A stretch of 53,921 nt of DNA from Bryobacterales bacterium (GTDB lineage Bacteria; Acidobacteriota; Terriglobia; Bryobacterales; Bryobacteraceae): NCBI GenBank assembly GCA_027450225.1, contig DAIDJK010000144.1, positions 1 through 53,921 on the forward strand, read 5' to 3'. The position numbers and the translations under genes are program-made. Of the stretch, positions 53,558 to 53,921 are shown in pieces. Position 1 is the stretch's first letter. Every line of letters starts with the position of its first letter. The notes below the pieces were generated by a model. That model had not been told where the DNA came from, did no database searches, and saw only the letters and a program-made list of their open reading frames with translations.

Positions 53558-53921
53558 GTCAGGGCATACTGGCGCTCGTCGCCGCATATCTCATCGGAGG
53601 CATCCCGTTCGGTCTGGTCATCGTCCGGCTCCTGACCGGCAAAGACGTGCGCGCCGCCGGTTCCGGGAACATCGGCGCCACTAACGTCCTCCGCACCACC
53701 GGCCGTCTCGCGGGAGTTCTCACCCTGCTGCTCGATGCCGCAAAAGGATGGTTCGCCATCTGGCTCGCCGCGCGCCTTACCGGCGACGCGATCCTGTGGA
53801 CCAGCGCCGCGGCGTTCATCGTGCTCGTCGGTCACGCCTTTCCGCTCTGGCTCCGCTTCAGGGGTGGAAAGGCCGTCGCCAGCTTTATCGGCGCGTATCT
53901 CTATCTCGCTCCGCTGCCGCT
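53554..53921 (+). CDS. plsY: Glycerol-3-phosphate acyltransferase PlsY (acyl-phosphate dependent), C-terminally truncated by the window edge
   Basis: ATG 53554 makes an ATGA overlap with the thpR stop. My translation is [50 protein letters not shown]...LLLDAAKG...[17 protein letters not shown], which is canonical PlsY. It is open to the window end, so it is absent from the ORF track. Confidence 0.9.
   Translation, partial: [122 protein letters not shown]

Noticed and set aside
1-53921. Search of all intergenic gaps and both strands for tRNA/rRNA/tmRNA, CRISPR repeats, IS inverted repeats, integrase, transposase or phage genes, toxin-antitoxin pairs and defence-system hallmarks (nucleases, helicases, STAND/AAA ATPases, reverse transcriptases, TIR/SIR2)
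   Set aside because: None was seen. The largest non-coding gaps (about 90-200 nt) contain only promoter- or terminator-like sequence. The window looks like core chromosome rather than a mobile or defence island.

Overview
High-GC, very gene-dense chromosomal segment. I call about 50 protein-coding genes and find no rRNA, tRNA, CRISPR array, transposase, integrase, prophage or recognisable defence-system hallmark. Three secreted proteins carry the Ig-like 'Solibacter C-terminal' module (TIGR03437 type, ...GLYQ[IF]xVxVP...). This suggests an Acidobacteriota genome of the Solibacter/Bryobacter type, which is an inference only.

Gene content in order:
- DUF1080 protein (partial).
- Two tandem NIF3-like paralogues, one with a Tat signal.
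- PEBP.
- RND efflux pump (permease plus adaptor).
- A seven-gene + strand array: a two-component system, a porin and an amicyanin-like cupredoxin, bracketed by two secreted TIGR03437 proteins.
- ECF sigma factor, small membrane proteins and cydAB.
- SDR/TetR divergent pair.
- Glycosyltransferase.
- Matrixin-type metalloprotease with a coupled small secreted partner.
- Nramp-USP fusion, cysE, an orphan nuoI, a redoxin and a STAS protein.
- A six-gene carotenoid cluster (crtB, crtI, alpha/beta hydrolase, GGPP synthase, second desaturase, CruF-like).
- Multi-PAS kinase.
- PPK2, which is a low-GC outlier.
- GT9-like protein, MTAP, MeaB-epimerase fusion, acyl-CoA dehydrogenase and adenosine-specific kinase.
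- M49 peptidase.
- A divergent pair of hybrid kinases with a CheY protein.
- thpR and plsY (partial).

Nothing here is an unambiguous novel system. The best candidates for a second look are:
1. The TCS + porin + blue-copper array (7731-16020).
2. The matrixin and partner pair (23195-26220).
3. The Cys-nucleophile alpha/beta hydrolase inside the carotenoid cluster.
4. Several unusual domain fusions and paralogues.

All functional calls come from reading motifs by eye. No database search was run.
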